From Lysobacterales bacterium (GTDB lineage: Bacteria > Pseudomonadota > Gammaproteobacteria > Xanthomonadales > Xanthomonadaceae), in NCBI GenBank assembly GCA_038316385.1, contig JBBQAN010000001.1, forward strand, positions 11,381 to 75,380: a stretch of DNA of 64,000 nt. Direction: 5' to 3'. Numbering within the stretch: the first letter of the stretch is position 1; every line of letters begins with the position of its first letter. Positions 21,868 through 33,349 of this stretch are shown here, piece by piece. Below the pieces are notes generated by a model. That model saw only the letters and a list, made by a program, of their open reading frames with translations, did no database searches and was not told the DNA's origin. A program made the position numbers and the translations under genes.

Positions 21868-23385
21868 ATGAGTCTGGCGCTGGTCAACAGTCGCGCCCGC
21901 GACGGCGTGCACGCGCCTGCGGTGCGGGTCGAGGTGCATCTGTCCGGCGGCTTGCCGTTGATGAACATCGTCGGCTTGCCGGAAGCGGCGGTGCGGGAGA
22001 GCAAAGATCGCGTGCGCGCGGCGATCCAGAACGCGCAATTCGAATTTCCGCAACGACGCATCACCGTGAATCTCGCGCCGGCCGATCTTCCGAAAGACGG
22101 CGCGCGCTTTGACTTGCCGATCGCGCTGGGCATTCTCGCTGCGTCGGGACAGATTCCGCTCGAACAACTCGCGCGCTGCGAATTTCTCGGTGAACTTGCG
22201 CTCACCGGCGAGCTGCGCGCAGTCGATGGCGTGTTGCCGGCGGCGATTGCCGCAACCACTGACGAACGCACGTTGTTCCTGCCGCAAGGCAATGGAGCCG
22301 AAGCGGCGCTGGTATCAAATGTCGATGCACGCACTGCCCGCACATTGCTGGAAATCTGCGCGCACCTGCAAGGAGCTAAAGTGTTACCGGAAGCCATTGC
22401 CGAACCGGTGATCGAATCCTCCGATGGCCCTGATCTCGCCGATGTTCGCGGACAGGCGCATGCACGGCGCGCGCTCGAAATCGCTGCGGCTGGAGGCCAT
22501 CATTTACTTTTAATCGGCCCACCCGGTTGCGGCAAGACACTGTTGGCAACGCGCCTGCCTGGCATCCTGCCACCGATGCTGGAAGCCGAAGCTTTGGAAA
22601 CAGCGGCGATCGGTTCCGTCAGCGGTCGCGGCGTTGATCTGGCGCACTGGAAACAACGACCCTATCGATCACCACATCACACCGCGAGCGCAGTGGCATT
22701 GGTTGGTGGCGGCGCTGATCCACGCCCCGGCGAAATCTCGCTTGCTCATCACGGTGTGCTGTTTCTCGATGAATTGGCCGAGTGGGATCGACACACACTC
22801 GATGTATTGCGCGAGCCAATGGAATCGGGCCGCGTGAGCATTTCGCGCGCCGCGCGGCAGGCGGAATTTCCGGCGCGTTTCCAACTCGTCGCAGCGATGA
22901 ACCCTTGCCCGTGCGGCTGGGCAGGCGATGCTTCGGGACGCTGCCATTGCACCGGCGAACAGATCGCCCGCTATCGTGCGAAATTGTCGGGGCCGTTGCT
23001 TGATCGCATTGATTTGCACGTGAGCGTGCCGCGTTTATCGCACGGCGAGTTGCGGCCCGATGCGCCGCAAGGCGAATCGTCTGCCGTCGTGCGCGAACGT
23101 GTGATCCACGCACATGAAATCCAGTTGCGCCGCAGCGGAAAGTCCAACGCCCGCCTCGGCCAACGCGAAACCGAACGCATCTGCAAACTCACGCCAGCGG
23201 ATCAATCGCTGCTCGAACGTGCGATCGATTCCCTGCAACTCTCCGCGCGCGGCACCCACCGCATCCTGCGCATGGCGCGCACGATTGCCGATCTTTCGCT
23301 GAGTGATGCGATTTCAACGACGCATTTGTCGGAAGCGATCGGCTATCGGCAAATGGATCGGCGCAGCGCACCGGTTGCGGCGTAA
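21868..23385 (+). CDS. comM: YifB/ComM family Mg-chelatase-like AAA+ ATPase
   Basis: N-terminal Lon-protease-like domain. Walker A GPPGCGKT. GVLFLDEL. Zn-ribbon-like NPCPCGW...CHC. Confidence 0.9.
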   Translation: MSLALVNSRARDGVHAPAVRVEVHLSGGLPLMNIVGLPEAAVRESKDRVRAAIQNAQFEFPQRRITVNLAPADLPKDGARFDLPIALGILAASGQIPLEQLARCEFLGELALTGELRAVDGVLPAAIAATTDERTLFLPQGNGAEAALVSNVDARTARTLLEICAHLQGAKVLPEAIAEPVIESSDGPDLADVRGQAHARRALEIAAAGGHHLLLIGPPGCGKTLLATRLPGILPPMLEAEALETAAIGSVSGRGVDLAHWKQRPYRSPHHTASAVALVGGGADPRPGEISLAHHGVLFLDELAEWDRHTLDVLREPMESGRVSISRAARQAEFPARFQLVAAMNPCPCGWAGDASGRCHCTGEQIARYRAKLSGPLLDRIDLHVSVPRLSHGELRPDAPQGESSAVVRERVIHAHEIQLRRSGKSNARLGQRETERICKLTPADQSLLERAIDSLQLSARGTHRILRMARTIADLSLSDAISTTHLSEAIGYRQMDRRSAPVAA

Positions 23386-23451
23386 TCAGTCGCAGTCTTG
23401 AATGTTATCCGCGCACACTCCTGCACACTGATCGCTAAGCCTCGATAAACC

Positions 23452-24756
23452 TCACGCTACCGCCGCTTCCGGCACGTGATCGTGGAACTGCTCTTCTTCG
23501 GTCGAACCCTTCAGCGCAACGGTCGAAGACTGCGCGCCCTGAATCGTCTGCGTCACCGAATCGAAATAACCCGTACCGACTTCGCGCTGGTGCTTGACGG
23601 CAGTAAAGCCACGATCGGCTGCGGCGAATTCGGCTTCCTGCAATTCGACGAACGCGCTCATCTGGTTGCGGACGTAACCGTGGGCGAGGTTGAACATCGA
23701 ATAGTTCAGAGCGTGGAAGCCGGCGAGGGTGATGAACTGGAACTTGTAGCCCATCGCCGCGAGCTGCTTCTGGAATGAAGCAATCGTCTGGTCGTCGAGG
23801 TTCTTCTTCCAGTTGAAGCTTGGGCTGCAGTTGTAGGCGAGCATCTTGCCCGGATATTTCGCGTGGATTGCTTCGGCGAACTTGCGCGCGAATTCCAGAT
23901 CGGGCTTGCCGGTTTCGCACCACACCAGATCCGCGTAGGGCGCGTAGGCGAGGCCGCGCGAGATCGCCTGGTCGATGCCCTTGTGGGTCTTGAAGAAGCC
24001 TTCGGCGGTGCGCTCGCCGGTAAGGAAGGGCTTGTCGTTGTCATCGACATCAGACGTGAGCAGGTCGGCGGCTTCGGCATCAGTACGCGCGATGATCAAG
24101 GTCGGCACGCCCATGACGTCGGCAGCGAGCCGCGCGGCGACCAGTTTGTCGACGGCTTCGCGGGTCGGTACCAACACTTTGCCGCCCATGTGGCCGCACT
24201 TCTTCGCCGAGGCGAGCTGATCTTCGAAATGCACGGCAGCGGCGCCGGCTTCGATCATCGACTTCATCAACTCGAATGCGTTGAGCACGCCGCCGAATCC
24301 AGCTTCGGCATCGGCGATGATCGGCTGCAGCCAATCGACATCGTCCTTGCCTTCGGCATGGTTGAGCTGGTCAGCGCGCAACAGGGTGTTGTTGATGCGC
24401 TTGACGACCTGCGGCACCGAGTTAGCGGGATACAGCGACTGGTCAGGATACATTTCGCCAGCGAGATTTGCATCGGCTGCAACCTGCCAGCCGGAAAGAT
24501 AGATCGCCTTGAGGCCAGCCTTGACCTGCTGCATCGCCTGGTTGCCGGTCAGTGCGCCGAGCGCGTTGACGAATGGTTCGCTATGCAGCGATTTCCAGAA
24601 TTTCTCGGCACCCAGCTTCGCAAGGGAATGCTCGATGGCGACGGTGCCGCGCAGGCGTGCGACTTCCTCGGCGGCATACGGACGGGTGACGCCGTTCCAG
24701 CGCGCGCTGTTGGTCCAGTCGAATTTGATTTGTTCGGCGGTGGGTAGCGTCTTCAT
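23452..24756 (-). CDS. aceA: isocitrate lyase
   Basis: 434 aa. Catalytic KKCGHMGGK motif. Confidence 0.95.
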   Translation of the reverse strand: MKTLPTAEQIKFDWTNSARWNGVTRPYAAEEVARLRGTVAIEHSLAKLGAEKFWKSLHSEPFVNALGALTGNQAMQQVKAGLKAIYLSGWQVAADANLAGEMYPDQSLYPANSVPQVVKRINNTLLRADQLNHAEGKDDVDWLQPIIADAEAGFGGVLNAFELMKSMIEAGAAAVHFEDQLASAKKCGHMGGKVLVPTREAVDKLVAARLAADVMGVPTLIIARTDAEAADLLTSDVDDNDKPFLTGERTAEGFFKTHKGIDQAISRGLAYAPYADLVWCETGKPDLEFARKFAEAIHAKYPGKMLAYNCSPSFNWKKNLDDQTIASFQKQLAAMGYKFQFITLAGFHALNYSMFNLAHGYVRNQMSAFVELQEAEFAAADRGFTAVKHQREVGTGYFDSVTQTIQGAQSSTVALKGSTEEEQFHDHVPEAAVA

Positions 24757-24825
24757 GGTGTTGCTCCTAGGTTGCGATCAGCGATGAACGTGTGGGTCGA
24801 ATAGGTGGAAGCTGGGACGATGAAA

Positions 24826-26490
<1,665 letters not shown>

Positions 26491-26647
26491 CGCGGTGCTC
26501 CTCAAGTCCATTCGGAGATCATTCGGCCGTTGAACCAGCTTTGGATTGGATCCACGCCGGGGAACCGAACATAGATGCGGTGGCGTATTGTTGACAATCT
26601 ATATGATTGAATGATGAGTATTAGCTCAGTTAATAGGAGGCAAATCT

Positions 26648-27607
26648 GTGACCGAGCCGACTACCCGGTTTTATTACAAGGGCGAGCGCCTGAAGCCGCT
26701 GCGCGCGTTCTGCCAAGTGGCCCGGCTGGGCTCGGTATCGCGCGCCGCCGAGGCGCTATTTCTCAGCCAGCCGGCGGTGAGCCTGCAATTGCAGGCACTT
26801 GAGCGTGACTTCGGGGCGCGACTGTTTGAGCGCACCGGCCGGCGTTTCGGCCTGACCCGCGCCGGCGAGGCCTTGTACGAATTGGCCAGGCCGCTGGTGG
26901 ATGGGCTGGACGGGTTGGAGGCGGAGTTCCGCAACAAGCTCAAGGGTCTATCGGCCGGCTCGCTGCACGTGGCAGCAGGAACGTCCACGATCCTCTATTT
27001 GCTGCCGCCACTGGTGCAGGCGTTCCGCGAGAAACACCCGGAAGTGCAAGTCGTGCTGCACAACGTGACCGGCCTGGACGGCCTCGGGCTGCTGCGATCG
27101 GACGGCGTGGATCTGGCGGTCGGCTCGATGCTCGACGTGCCCAGTGATCTCGATTACGCACCCACCCATTCCTTCGACCCGATGTTGATCGTCCCGCTCG
27201 GCCACCCGCTGGCGACCAAGGAGGATCTGACTCTTGAAGACATTTCACCGTACGGCCTGATCCTGCCGCCGCGACGGTTGACGACTTGGCGCCTGGTCGA
27301 TCTGGTGTTCCAGCAACGCCGCGTGCCATACAGCGTGGCGCTGGAAGTGGGCGGCTGGGAAGTGATCAAACAGTACGTGGCGATGGGCTTGGGCATCTCG
27401 ATCGTCACCGGCATCTGCCTCACCGACGCTGATCGCGAGCGCCTTGCGGTGCGTAACTTGCGCGACTATTTTCCGCCACGCAGTTACGGCGTGGTGATCC
27501 GCAAGGGCAAGTTCCTTAGTCCGCACGCTCGCGCATTCGTGAACCTCGTCAAGCCGGGATTGTTCGCGCGCGGCGACTATTTCGAGGCAGGACACTCGGA
27601 GCGGTAA
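26648..27607 (+). CDS. LysR family transcriptional regulator, divergent from aceBA
   Basis: N-terminal wHTH LKPLRAFCQVARLGSVSRAAEALFLSQPAVSLQLQALE. GTG start preceded by AGGAGG. Confidence 0.85.
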   Translation: MTEPTTRFYYKGERLKPLRAFCQVARLGSVSRAAEALFLSQPAVSLQLQALERDFGARLFERTGRRFGLTRAGEALYELARPLVDGLDGLEAEFRNKLKGLSAGSLHVAAGTSTILYLLPPLVQAFREKHPEVQVVLHNVTGLDGLGLLRSDGVDLAVGSMLDVPSDLDYAPTHSFDPMLIVPLGHPLATKEDLTLEDISPYGLILPPRRLTTWRLVDLVFQQRRVPYSVALEVGGWEVIKQYVAMGLGISIVTGICLTDADRERLAVRNLRDYFPPRSYGVVIRKGKFLSPHARAFVNLVKPGLFARGDYFEAGHSER

Positions 27608-27824
27608 CCAGAGTTTTAATCCGTAAATTATGCAGCCTGCGAAAACCTGCTGCACGGGCAGGCCGCACATAGGCGTAGGCGTTGGCAATTCGTATGCGTT
27701 GTAACTGCGGTGAATTGCGAACTGTCGCCTCAGGCTGCTCTCAACGACTGGCGGTGATCCGGCACAAGCTGCATTTCGAACACGCGAGTCGACATCGCGA
27801 TCCGACAATCCACATCGTGCGCGC

Positions 27825-27838
27825 CTGATCCAGGTCAG
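27825..27838. promoter_or_regulatory. imperfect Crp/Fnr-type palindrome CTGATCCAGGTCAG upstream of the porin gene
   Basis: The centre lies 59.5 bp upstream of ATG 27891. It shares an identical 14-mer CCTGATCCAGGTCA with 32987-33000. Confidence 0.3.
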
Positions 27839-27890
27839 GGCGGACGATGCGGCTACGGGTCAGGCTGCCGGAAATCACCGGAGCCCCGTC

Positions 27891-29035
27891 ATGCGCTGCC
27901 ACCGCTACCTCGCCACCGCCGTCCTGTTCGCACTCGCGGCGACCACAAGCGCCCACGCCGATCCCGCCGCGACTGCTCCGAAAAGCGGCCCGATCCTCGA
28001 TGCTCGGCTGCGCTATGAATCGGTGGAAGACGACGCTTTCACGAAGTCGGCCGACGCGACCACGCTGCGCCTGCGCGCCGGCTATCGCACTTCCGTGCAT
28101 TCGGGATGGAGCGCGCTGGTCGCGGTCGAAAACACCAGCCACTTGTCCCGCGACCACTTCAACAGCACCGCCAACGGCCACACCACCTACCCGACGATCG
28201 CCGACCCTGACAACACCGCCCTCGACGTCGCCTGGGTGCAGTACGCGCCATCCGACCATTGGCGCACCACGCTTGGCCGGCAGGCGCTGCTCTACGACAA
28301 CCAGCGCTTCTTCGGCAATGTTGGCTGGCGCCAGAACGAACAGACCTTCGACGCACTCGACACCGAATACCGCTTCGGCAATGGCGTCGCGTTGCGCTAC
28401 AGCTACATCAACCGCGTGCAGCGCGTGTTCGGCGAAGACAATCCGACGCCAGCACTCGCTCGCTTCATGATGGATGCGCACCTGCTGCACGCAGCCGTGC
28501 CGGTTGGCCAGGGCACGCTCAACGGCTACGCCTACTTCATCGACAACCACACGCTGCCCTTGACCTCGCACCGCGACCTCGGCTTGCGCTACACCATCAA
28601 GCACGACGCGAACGACGCCATCGGCTGGCTCGCCAACGCCGAGTATGCAACCCAGCACCGCTACGGCGATGGCAGCCAACTCATCGACGCGGACTACGCG
28701 TTGCTCGAAGGTGGCTTGGTCTGGCGCGGCAACACCTTCAAGGCCGGCTGGGAAAAACTCGGTGGCAATGGCCTCTATGCATTTCAGACGCCGTTCGCGA
28801 CCTTGCACGCATTCGACGGATGGGCGGACCGTTTTCTGACCACTCCGGTGAACGGCCTGCAGGATGGTTACCTGTCATGGAGCCGCCCGTTCGGCCATGT
28901 CACTGCCACCGTTGTCGGCCACGACTTCAATTCCGACCACGGCTCGACCCACTACGGCCGCGAGTGGGATTCCGCGCGGCCGATGTCGGTGCGGATGTCA
29001 GCAAGGGATGGGTGCAAGTCGAATACACCTATTGA
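27891..29035 (+). pseudogene. alginate-export-family outer-membrane beta-barrel porin, frameshifted near the 3' end
   Basis: Signal peptide, then LDARLRYESVEDDAF...LRLRAGY as in the alginate_exp family. After YGREWD the frame loses all beta-barrel character. The -1 frame reads FRAADVGADVSKGWVQVEYTY-stop (29033-29035), a canonical OMP C-terminus. Confidence 0.7.
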
Positions 29036-29166
29036 CATCGGAAACGCGAGCGACGGACGTCGGCTTGCAGACAGCGGAGTCGATCGCAATACGATCTCGT
29101 TGCATCCCTCCGGTCCCTGATCACTGGACGGGAGCCGCCCTCGGAGGGGGTGCAGTGGACGGCGCC

Positions 29167-29625
29167 TCAGGGTGGAGCTTGGCGAAGCGTCACGCGAAGC
29201 GAGAAGCGCGAGGCGGCTTTGCGATCCTGCGTGGCAACCACGATCATGTAGTTCCCGGAGATCGAAAGCCTGCCCGACCATCGCTTGACTGCGCCGGCCT
29301 TCTCGACGATGTCCTGGGTCGCCATGGCAGGAGAAGGCTTGATCAGAGAAAACATGGCGTGATGGTTGTCCGAACTCATCTCCATCGTGAGTTGCTGTCC
29401 GGCCGTCGCATGCAATGTGTACCGTTCAGACCCTTCATTCGTCCTGTCGGGCCCCGCCGTGACGGGTGGCGCGACCGAGCCCTCGATGACTGTCGTGTCG
29501 ATGCCTGGCTGGAATGTGATCGCGTTAATGGATTTTGTCCCGGCGCTCTGGGCCAACACTGTCGAAGCGCTCAACAGGACCAGCGCGAAGGGAGCGAACA
29601 TGCGCACAACGTACTGTCGGTCCAT
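29167..29625 (-). CDS. small exported protein, possibly PliG-like (g-type lysozyme inhibitor fold)
   Basis: Signal peptide. The pattern F.PG...IEGSV....ERYTLHATAGQQLTMEMSS...SGNYMIVV resembles my recollection of E. coli YcgK/PliG. Confidence 0.4.
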   Translation of the reverse strand: MDRQYVVRMFAPFALVLLSASTVLAQSAGTKSINAITFQPGIDTTVIEGSVAPPVTAGPDRTNEGSERYTLHATAGQQLTMEMSSDNHHAMFSLIKPSPAMATQDIVEKAGAVKRWSGRLSISGNYMIVVATQDRKAASRFSLRVTLRQAPP

Positions 29626-29684
29626 GAAATTCCCTTATTCTCTTCCGCAAGATTGCCGATCGCCGAACAACGGCGGCGGGCTGG

Positions 29685-30260
29685 TCAACGCTGCAACTGC
29701 AGGGCTCTCTTCACCGCCTTCAGAAACGCCGCATCCGGAATCGTCCCGAGCTGGTCGGTCTTCGCCAGGATGCGTCCCTGCGCATCGAGCAGGATCAGAC
29801 CGCTGGTGTGGTTGAAATCGCCATTGGCAAGTTCGCGATAGCGCACGTCGAGCAATGCGGCCAGCTTGCGCACGTGATCGGCGTCGGTGCGTGCGAGCGT
29901 CCAGTGCGATGGATCGAGCTTGCGTTTGCTCGCCAATGCAGCAAGCACGGAAGCGGTATCACGTTTGGGATCAAAACTCACCAGCAGGATTTGCAGGCGC
30001 TCGCGCTCGGCCGGCGTGAGTGCGTGTTGCACACCGAGGCCACTATCGATCATCAGTGGGCAGGTGTAGGTGCACGAGGTGTAAAACATGCTGACGAGTT
30101 CGACGTGGCCGCGCCGGTCGGCCAACTGGAAGTTCCTGCCAGCTTGGTCGGTGAACGTTCCGTCCTGTTGCAACACCGAGTCTGCTGGCAAAGGCGCAGC
30201 AGCGGCGCAGACGGTGACGGTGGTGATCGACAACAGTATCGGAAGCAACAGGCGCTTCAT
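29685..30260 (-). CDS. SCO1/SenC family copper chaperone/thiol-disulfide protein
   Basis: Signal peptide. CTYTCP (CxxxC) and a downstream His (FNHTSG). ATGA overlap with the nirV stop. Confidence 0.85.
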   Translation of the reverse strand: MKRLLLPILLSITTVTVCAAAAPLPADSVLQQDGTFTDQAGRNFQLADRRGHVELVSMFYTSCTYTCPLMIDSGLGVQHALTPAERERLQILLVSFDPKRDTASVLAALASKRKLDPSHWTLARTDADHVRKLAALLDVRYRELANGDFNHTSGLILLDAQGRILAKTDQLGTIPDAAFLKAVKRALQLQR

Positions 30261-31069
30261 GGCTGATCCATTCGTGGTGGCACCTTTGATGGCGACTCTT
30301 GATCGGGCAGGCTGCGCGCGCAGCGGAAGCCGAGGCTGGATGTGCTGTTGACCGCTTCCAGCGACGACAGCATTGCTACCCGCATCAGAACGGCATAGTT
30401 CTCGCGAGCCTGCGTGGTCAAGGCGGCAGCGCCGCAAAATTTCAGGCGATTTGCTTCGGACTGGCTGCGGTCGTCGCTCGATACCAGCATCGAAGCGAAA
30501 TCCTCGGTCCATTCCCATATCAATCCGTTCAGATCCTGCGCGCCATAGATGTTCGCAGGCGACTGGCCGACGTTTGCCAGCGGTGCGGTAGAAGGCTTCG
30601 CATACCAGCCCAGGATACTTTCGCGCCAGACCGGATCGCTGCGCGCATCGCGGCGCGTGGCATCGGCTGCGGCCACGTATTCCCACTCTGCCCACGTCGG
30701 TAGCCTCGCGTGCTGCACCTCGCAATACGCCGATGCCGCGAACCAACTGACATTCGTCACCGGCTGTTCGGGCCCGGCGGCATCGCCCAGTTGCATCGGT
30801 GCCTGCCACTGCTTGAGATAGCCCGCCGCTTCGGCGTACACACCCGGCACTTGGTCGCGTCGCCATTGCGGATGCGACTGCACGAAGGCAAGGAACTCGG
30901 CGTTCGTCACCGGCGTCTTCATCATCGCAAACGGCGCGACGGTGTTGTTGCCTTTCGTGTCTTCGTAGTTGAGGACCGACCGATAGTGACCCGCAGGTAT
31001 CGGCACGAACTCGCCACCCCCGTGGGCGACGACTGGCAGCAACGCAATGAGCAAGACGACGCACTTCAT
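30257..31069 (-). CDS. nirV: formylglycine-generating-enzyme (SUMF1) family protein, NirV-like
   Basis: FGE-sulfatase blocks PVTNVSWFAASAYC, RLPTWAEWEYVA, NGLIWEWTED and GFRCAR. Lies immediately downstream of nirK, as nirV does in other nirK loci. Confidence 0.8.
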   Translation of the reverse strand: MKCVVLLIALLPVVAHGGGEFVPIPAGHYRSVLNYEDTKGNNTVAPFAMMKTPVTNAEFLAFVQSHPQWRRDQVPGVYAEAAGYLKQWQAPMQLGDAAGPEQPVTNVSWFAASAYCEVQHARLPTWAEWEYVAAADATRRDARSDPVWRESILGWYAKPSTAPLANVGQSPANIYGAQDLNGLIWEWTEDFASMLVSSDDRSQSEANRLKFCGAAALTTQARENYAVLMRVAMLSSLEAVNSTSSLGFRCARSLPDQESPSKVPPRMDQP

Positions 31070-31074
31070 CGGAA

Positions 31075-32529
31075 TCAATGCGCGGCGCCTGCCGGACGCG
31101 GTGTGCTGGCGCGGACCTTGGCGACCTGTTCCTTGGTGATCTTGCCGCCAGCGTTGCCCCAGGAATTGAGCACGAAGGTCAGGATGTTGGCGATTTCGTC
31201 ATCGGTCATCTGGCTCATCGGCGGCATCACCGAATCGTAGTCCTTGCCGTTGACGGTGAGCTTGCCGGTGTGGCCGTTGAGTGGAATCGCGATCAGGTCT
31301 TCGGGTGAGAGCTTGCCGAGGAAGTCGGATTTCGCGAGCGGTGGAAACACGCCTTCGATGCCACCGCCTTCGTTCTGGTGACAGGCCGAACACGTGCCGT
31401 TGAACAACGCCTTGCCGGCTGCCGACTGCTCGGCAACCGTCAGGTTTCCGGCCGCCGCAGACTTGGCCGCCGTCGCGACCGGCTGCATGCTCACCGTGTT
31501 GTCGCCGAGATAGCTCGAATCAACTTCCTTGCCCGAATAGATCGACTTGTCTTCCGCGCCAAGCACTTTCAGGATCGCCAACGCGCCCTTGTTGAAGGCG
31601 CGGAAGATCGAGTGATCGACAAGGATGTAGCTGCCCGGAACTTGCGTGTGGAATTCCACCATCGCCGCGCCGCCGGAAGGGATCAGCGTGGTCTGCACGT
31701 TGTGCTGCTCGACGGTGCCGCCTTCCTGCCGAACAGTGTCGAAAATCTCGCCGATCACGTGGAAGCTCGACACCAGGTTCGGGCCACCGTTACCGACAAA
31801 CAGACGAATGGTCTCGTCGACTTTTGCAGTCAACGCGTGGTCGCCGGTGAGCGCGCCGTCGCTGCCGTTGAACAGCACATAGGTCGGCTTTTCATCGATC
31901 GCGGCCTGCATGTCGAACGCCTGGTGGCCCTTCTCGCGATACTTTCCAACCGTATAAAAATCGCCCTGCATTACGTAGTACTCGTGATCGACTTTCTTCA
32001 TCCCTTCCGGCGGCTCCACCAGCATCAGGCCGTACATGCCGTTGGCGATATGCATGCCAACCGGCGCGGTTGCGCAGTGATAAACGAAGATGCCCTGATT
32101 AAGCGCCTTGAAGGTGAATTGCGATTGGTGTCCGGGCGCGGTGAAACTCGACGCCGCACCACCGCCAGGCCCGGTCACGCCGTGCATGTCGATGTTGTGC
32201 GGCATCTTGTTGTTCGGGCTGTTTTCCAGATGGAACTCGACGGTATCGCCCTGGCGCACGCGGATGAAACTGCCCGGCACCGTGCCGCCGAATGTCCAGA
32301 ATGTGTAGGTGGTGCCATCAGCGATCGGCATTTCCTTTTCGATCACTTCCAGATGCACGATGACCTTGGCCGGTTTGTGTCGACCAGTGGGTGGCGGCAC
32401 GTTCGGTGGGCTGGTGAGCACCGCTTCGATGGGCGCACCAAGATCGGCAGGATCGTTTTTGGCAAATGTCGCCATGGGCGCGAGCGTCAAGGCCAAGATG
32501 ATTGCAAACGGTAGCGAGTAACGCTTCAT
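31075..32529 (-). CDS. nirK: copper-containing nitrite reductase with a fused C-terminal cytochrome c domain
   Basis: Cu ligand blocks [10 protein letters not shown] and [25 protein letters not shown]-terminal haem motif CSACHQ. Signal peptide. GGGGAG RBS before ATG 32529. Confidence 0.95.
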   Translation of the reverse strand: MKRYSLPFAIILALTLAPMATFAKNDPADLGAPIEAVLTSPPNVPPPTGRHKPAKVIVHLEVIEKEMPIADGTTYTFWTFGGTVPGSFIRVRQGDTVEFHLENSPNNKMPHNIDMHGVTGPGGGAASSFTAPGHQSQFTFKALNQGIFVYHCATAPVGMHIANGMYGLMLVEPPEGMKKVDHEYYVMQGDFYTVGKYREKGHQAFDMQAAIDEKPTYVLFNGSDGALTGDHALTAKVDETIRLFVGNGGPNLVSSFHVIGEIFDTVRQEGGTVEQHNVQTTLIPSGGAAMVEFHTQVPGSYILVDHSIFRAFNKGALAILKVLGAEDKSIYSGKEVDSSYLGDNTVSMQPVATAAKSAAAGNLTVAEQSAAGKALFNGTCSACHQNEGGGIEGVFPPLAKSDFLGKLSPEDLIAIPLNGHTGKLTVNGKDYDSVMPPMSQMTDDEIANILTFVLNSWGNAGGKITKEQVAKVRASTPRPAGAAH

Positions 32530-32584
32530 GGTGCTCCCCTGGATGGCCTTTAATTCAATCTGCGCCTGACGCGGTGCGCGTGCA

Positions 32585-32598
32585 TTGACCCAAGTCAA
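32585..32598. promoter_or_regulatory. FNR/ANR/Dnr-type box TTGACCCAAGTCAA upstream of nirK
   Basis: Perfect palindrome. The centre lies 62.5 bp upstream of the nirK ATG. It is embedded in a 9-bp inverted repeat CCAAGTCAA-N12-TTGACTTGG (32590-32619). Confidence 0.6.
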
Positions 32599-32680
32599 TT
32601 CGCAAATCAGTTGACTTGGTCAGTAGCATGGACCTATCCCCGGCGCATTAGAGGGAAATTGCTGCGTCGACCGATCCGAC

Positions 32681-32920
32681 TTATCCGCTGCAGCTGCCGC
32701 AACACACCGACGGAAGCTGGTCCACCTGCCAGGCTTCAACTGCGCGGCCCCTCCCACGCAACACATCGAGCAGGTCGCCAATGCTGATCCAACTCGATAC
32801 GCGCAAGCGGCCATCGAAGGGATCGATCGCCACGGTCGCGGCCGCATCAATCTCGCGAAATGCGGCTTCGATCGCATCAGGATCGATGATCGGGCGATCC
32901 AGTCGGACATGAAATTCCAT
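32681..32920 (-). CDS. 79-aa HMA-like (ferredoxin-fold) protein lacking the CxxC loop but ending in CCGSCSG
   Basis: MEFHV...IDP...alpha/beta periodicity resembles small MEFxV HMA proteins. GAGG RBS 6 nt before ATG 32920. Fnr-like box upstream. Caveat: the same frame stays open upstream into the cysteine-synthase relic. Confidence 0.45.
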   Translation of the reverse strand: MEFHVRLDRPIIDPDAIEAAFREIDAAATVAIDPFDGRLRVSSWISIGDLLDVLRGRGRAVEAWQVDQLPSVCCGSCSG

Positions 32921-32987
32921 CGGTGGCCTCACATGTTGGGAGTTGGATTTCACTCCGCCAGCGTGCTGCATCGGCAGAAGAGAGGCC

Positions 32988-33001
32988 CTGATCCAGGTCA
33001 A
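32988..33001. promoter_or_regulatory. near-consensus Fnr-type box CTGATCCAGGTCAA
   Basis: The centre lies 74.5 bp upstream of ATG 32920. One mismatch to TTGAT-N4-GTCAA. Confidence 0.35.
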
Positions 33002-33039
33002 GCCCACAACATCGGGCATCAGGCCGACGTGTTGCGAGG

Positions 33040-33349
33040 CACGCCCCACTTCGACGATGTTGTTGTTGCCGCGCCAATCGGTCGCGCGTTCGACGAGGCC
33101 GCACTGGTCGAGGTGGCAGGCGCCGCGCGCGGTGTGTTCGGCTGCGCGTGTCTGCGTTTCGGAGGCGTCATCACGAGGTCACATTGGCCGTCGAGCGCGT
33201 ACATCGCGGATCTTGCCGGCCGCCGTGCAGGCTGGCATCACCGCGGTGAAGGGAATTCCGAGCAAACGTGCAAACCAGGCTTCGGAAATCGTGGTGCTGC
33301 CTGACAGCAGCGCCTCGCGCAGCCAGATGCGCTCATCAGTGACGGTCAT
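33040..33349 (-). pseudogene. relic of a PLP-dependent cysteine synthase family gene (N- and C-terminally truncated, internally frameshifted)
   Basis: [35 protein letters not shown] frame switch follows to [10 protein letters not shown], then back to HLDQCGLVERATDWRGNNNI. There is a TGA in the first frame at about 33181. The lysine-containing N-terminal region is absent. Confidence 0.5.

Noticed and set aside
26512-26647. AT-rich aceB/LysR divergent region with ATTGT-N2-ACAAT and ATGAT-N3-ATGAT motifs and a TTGACA hexamer.
   Set aside because: It is plausibly an ordinary LysR-type control region. I could not derive a convincing T-N11-A site or -35/-10 spacing, and nothing is unusual enough to report.
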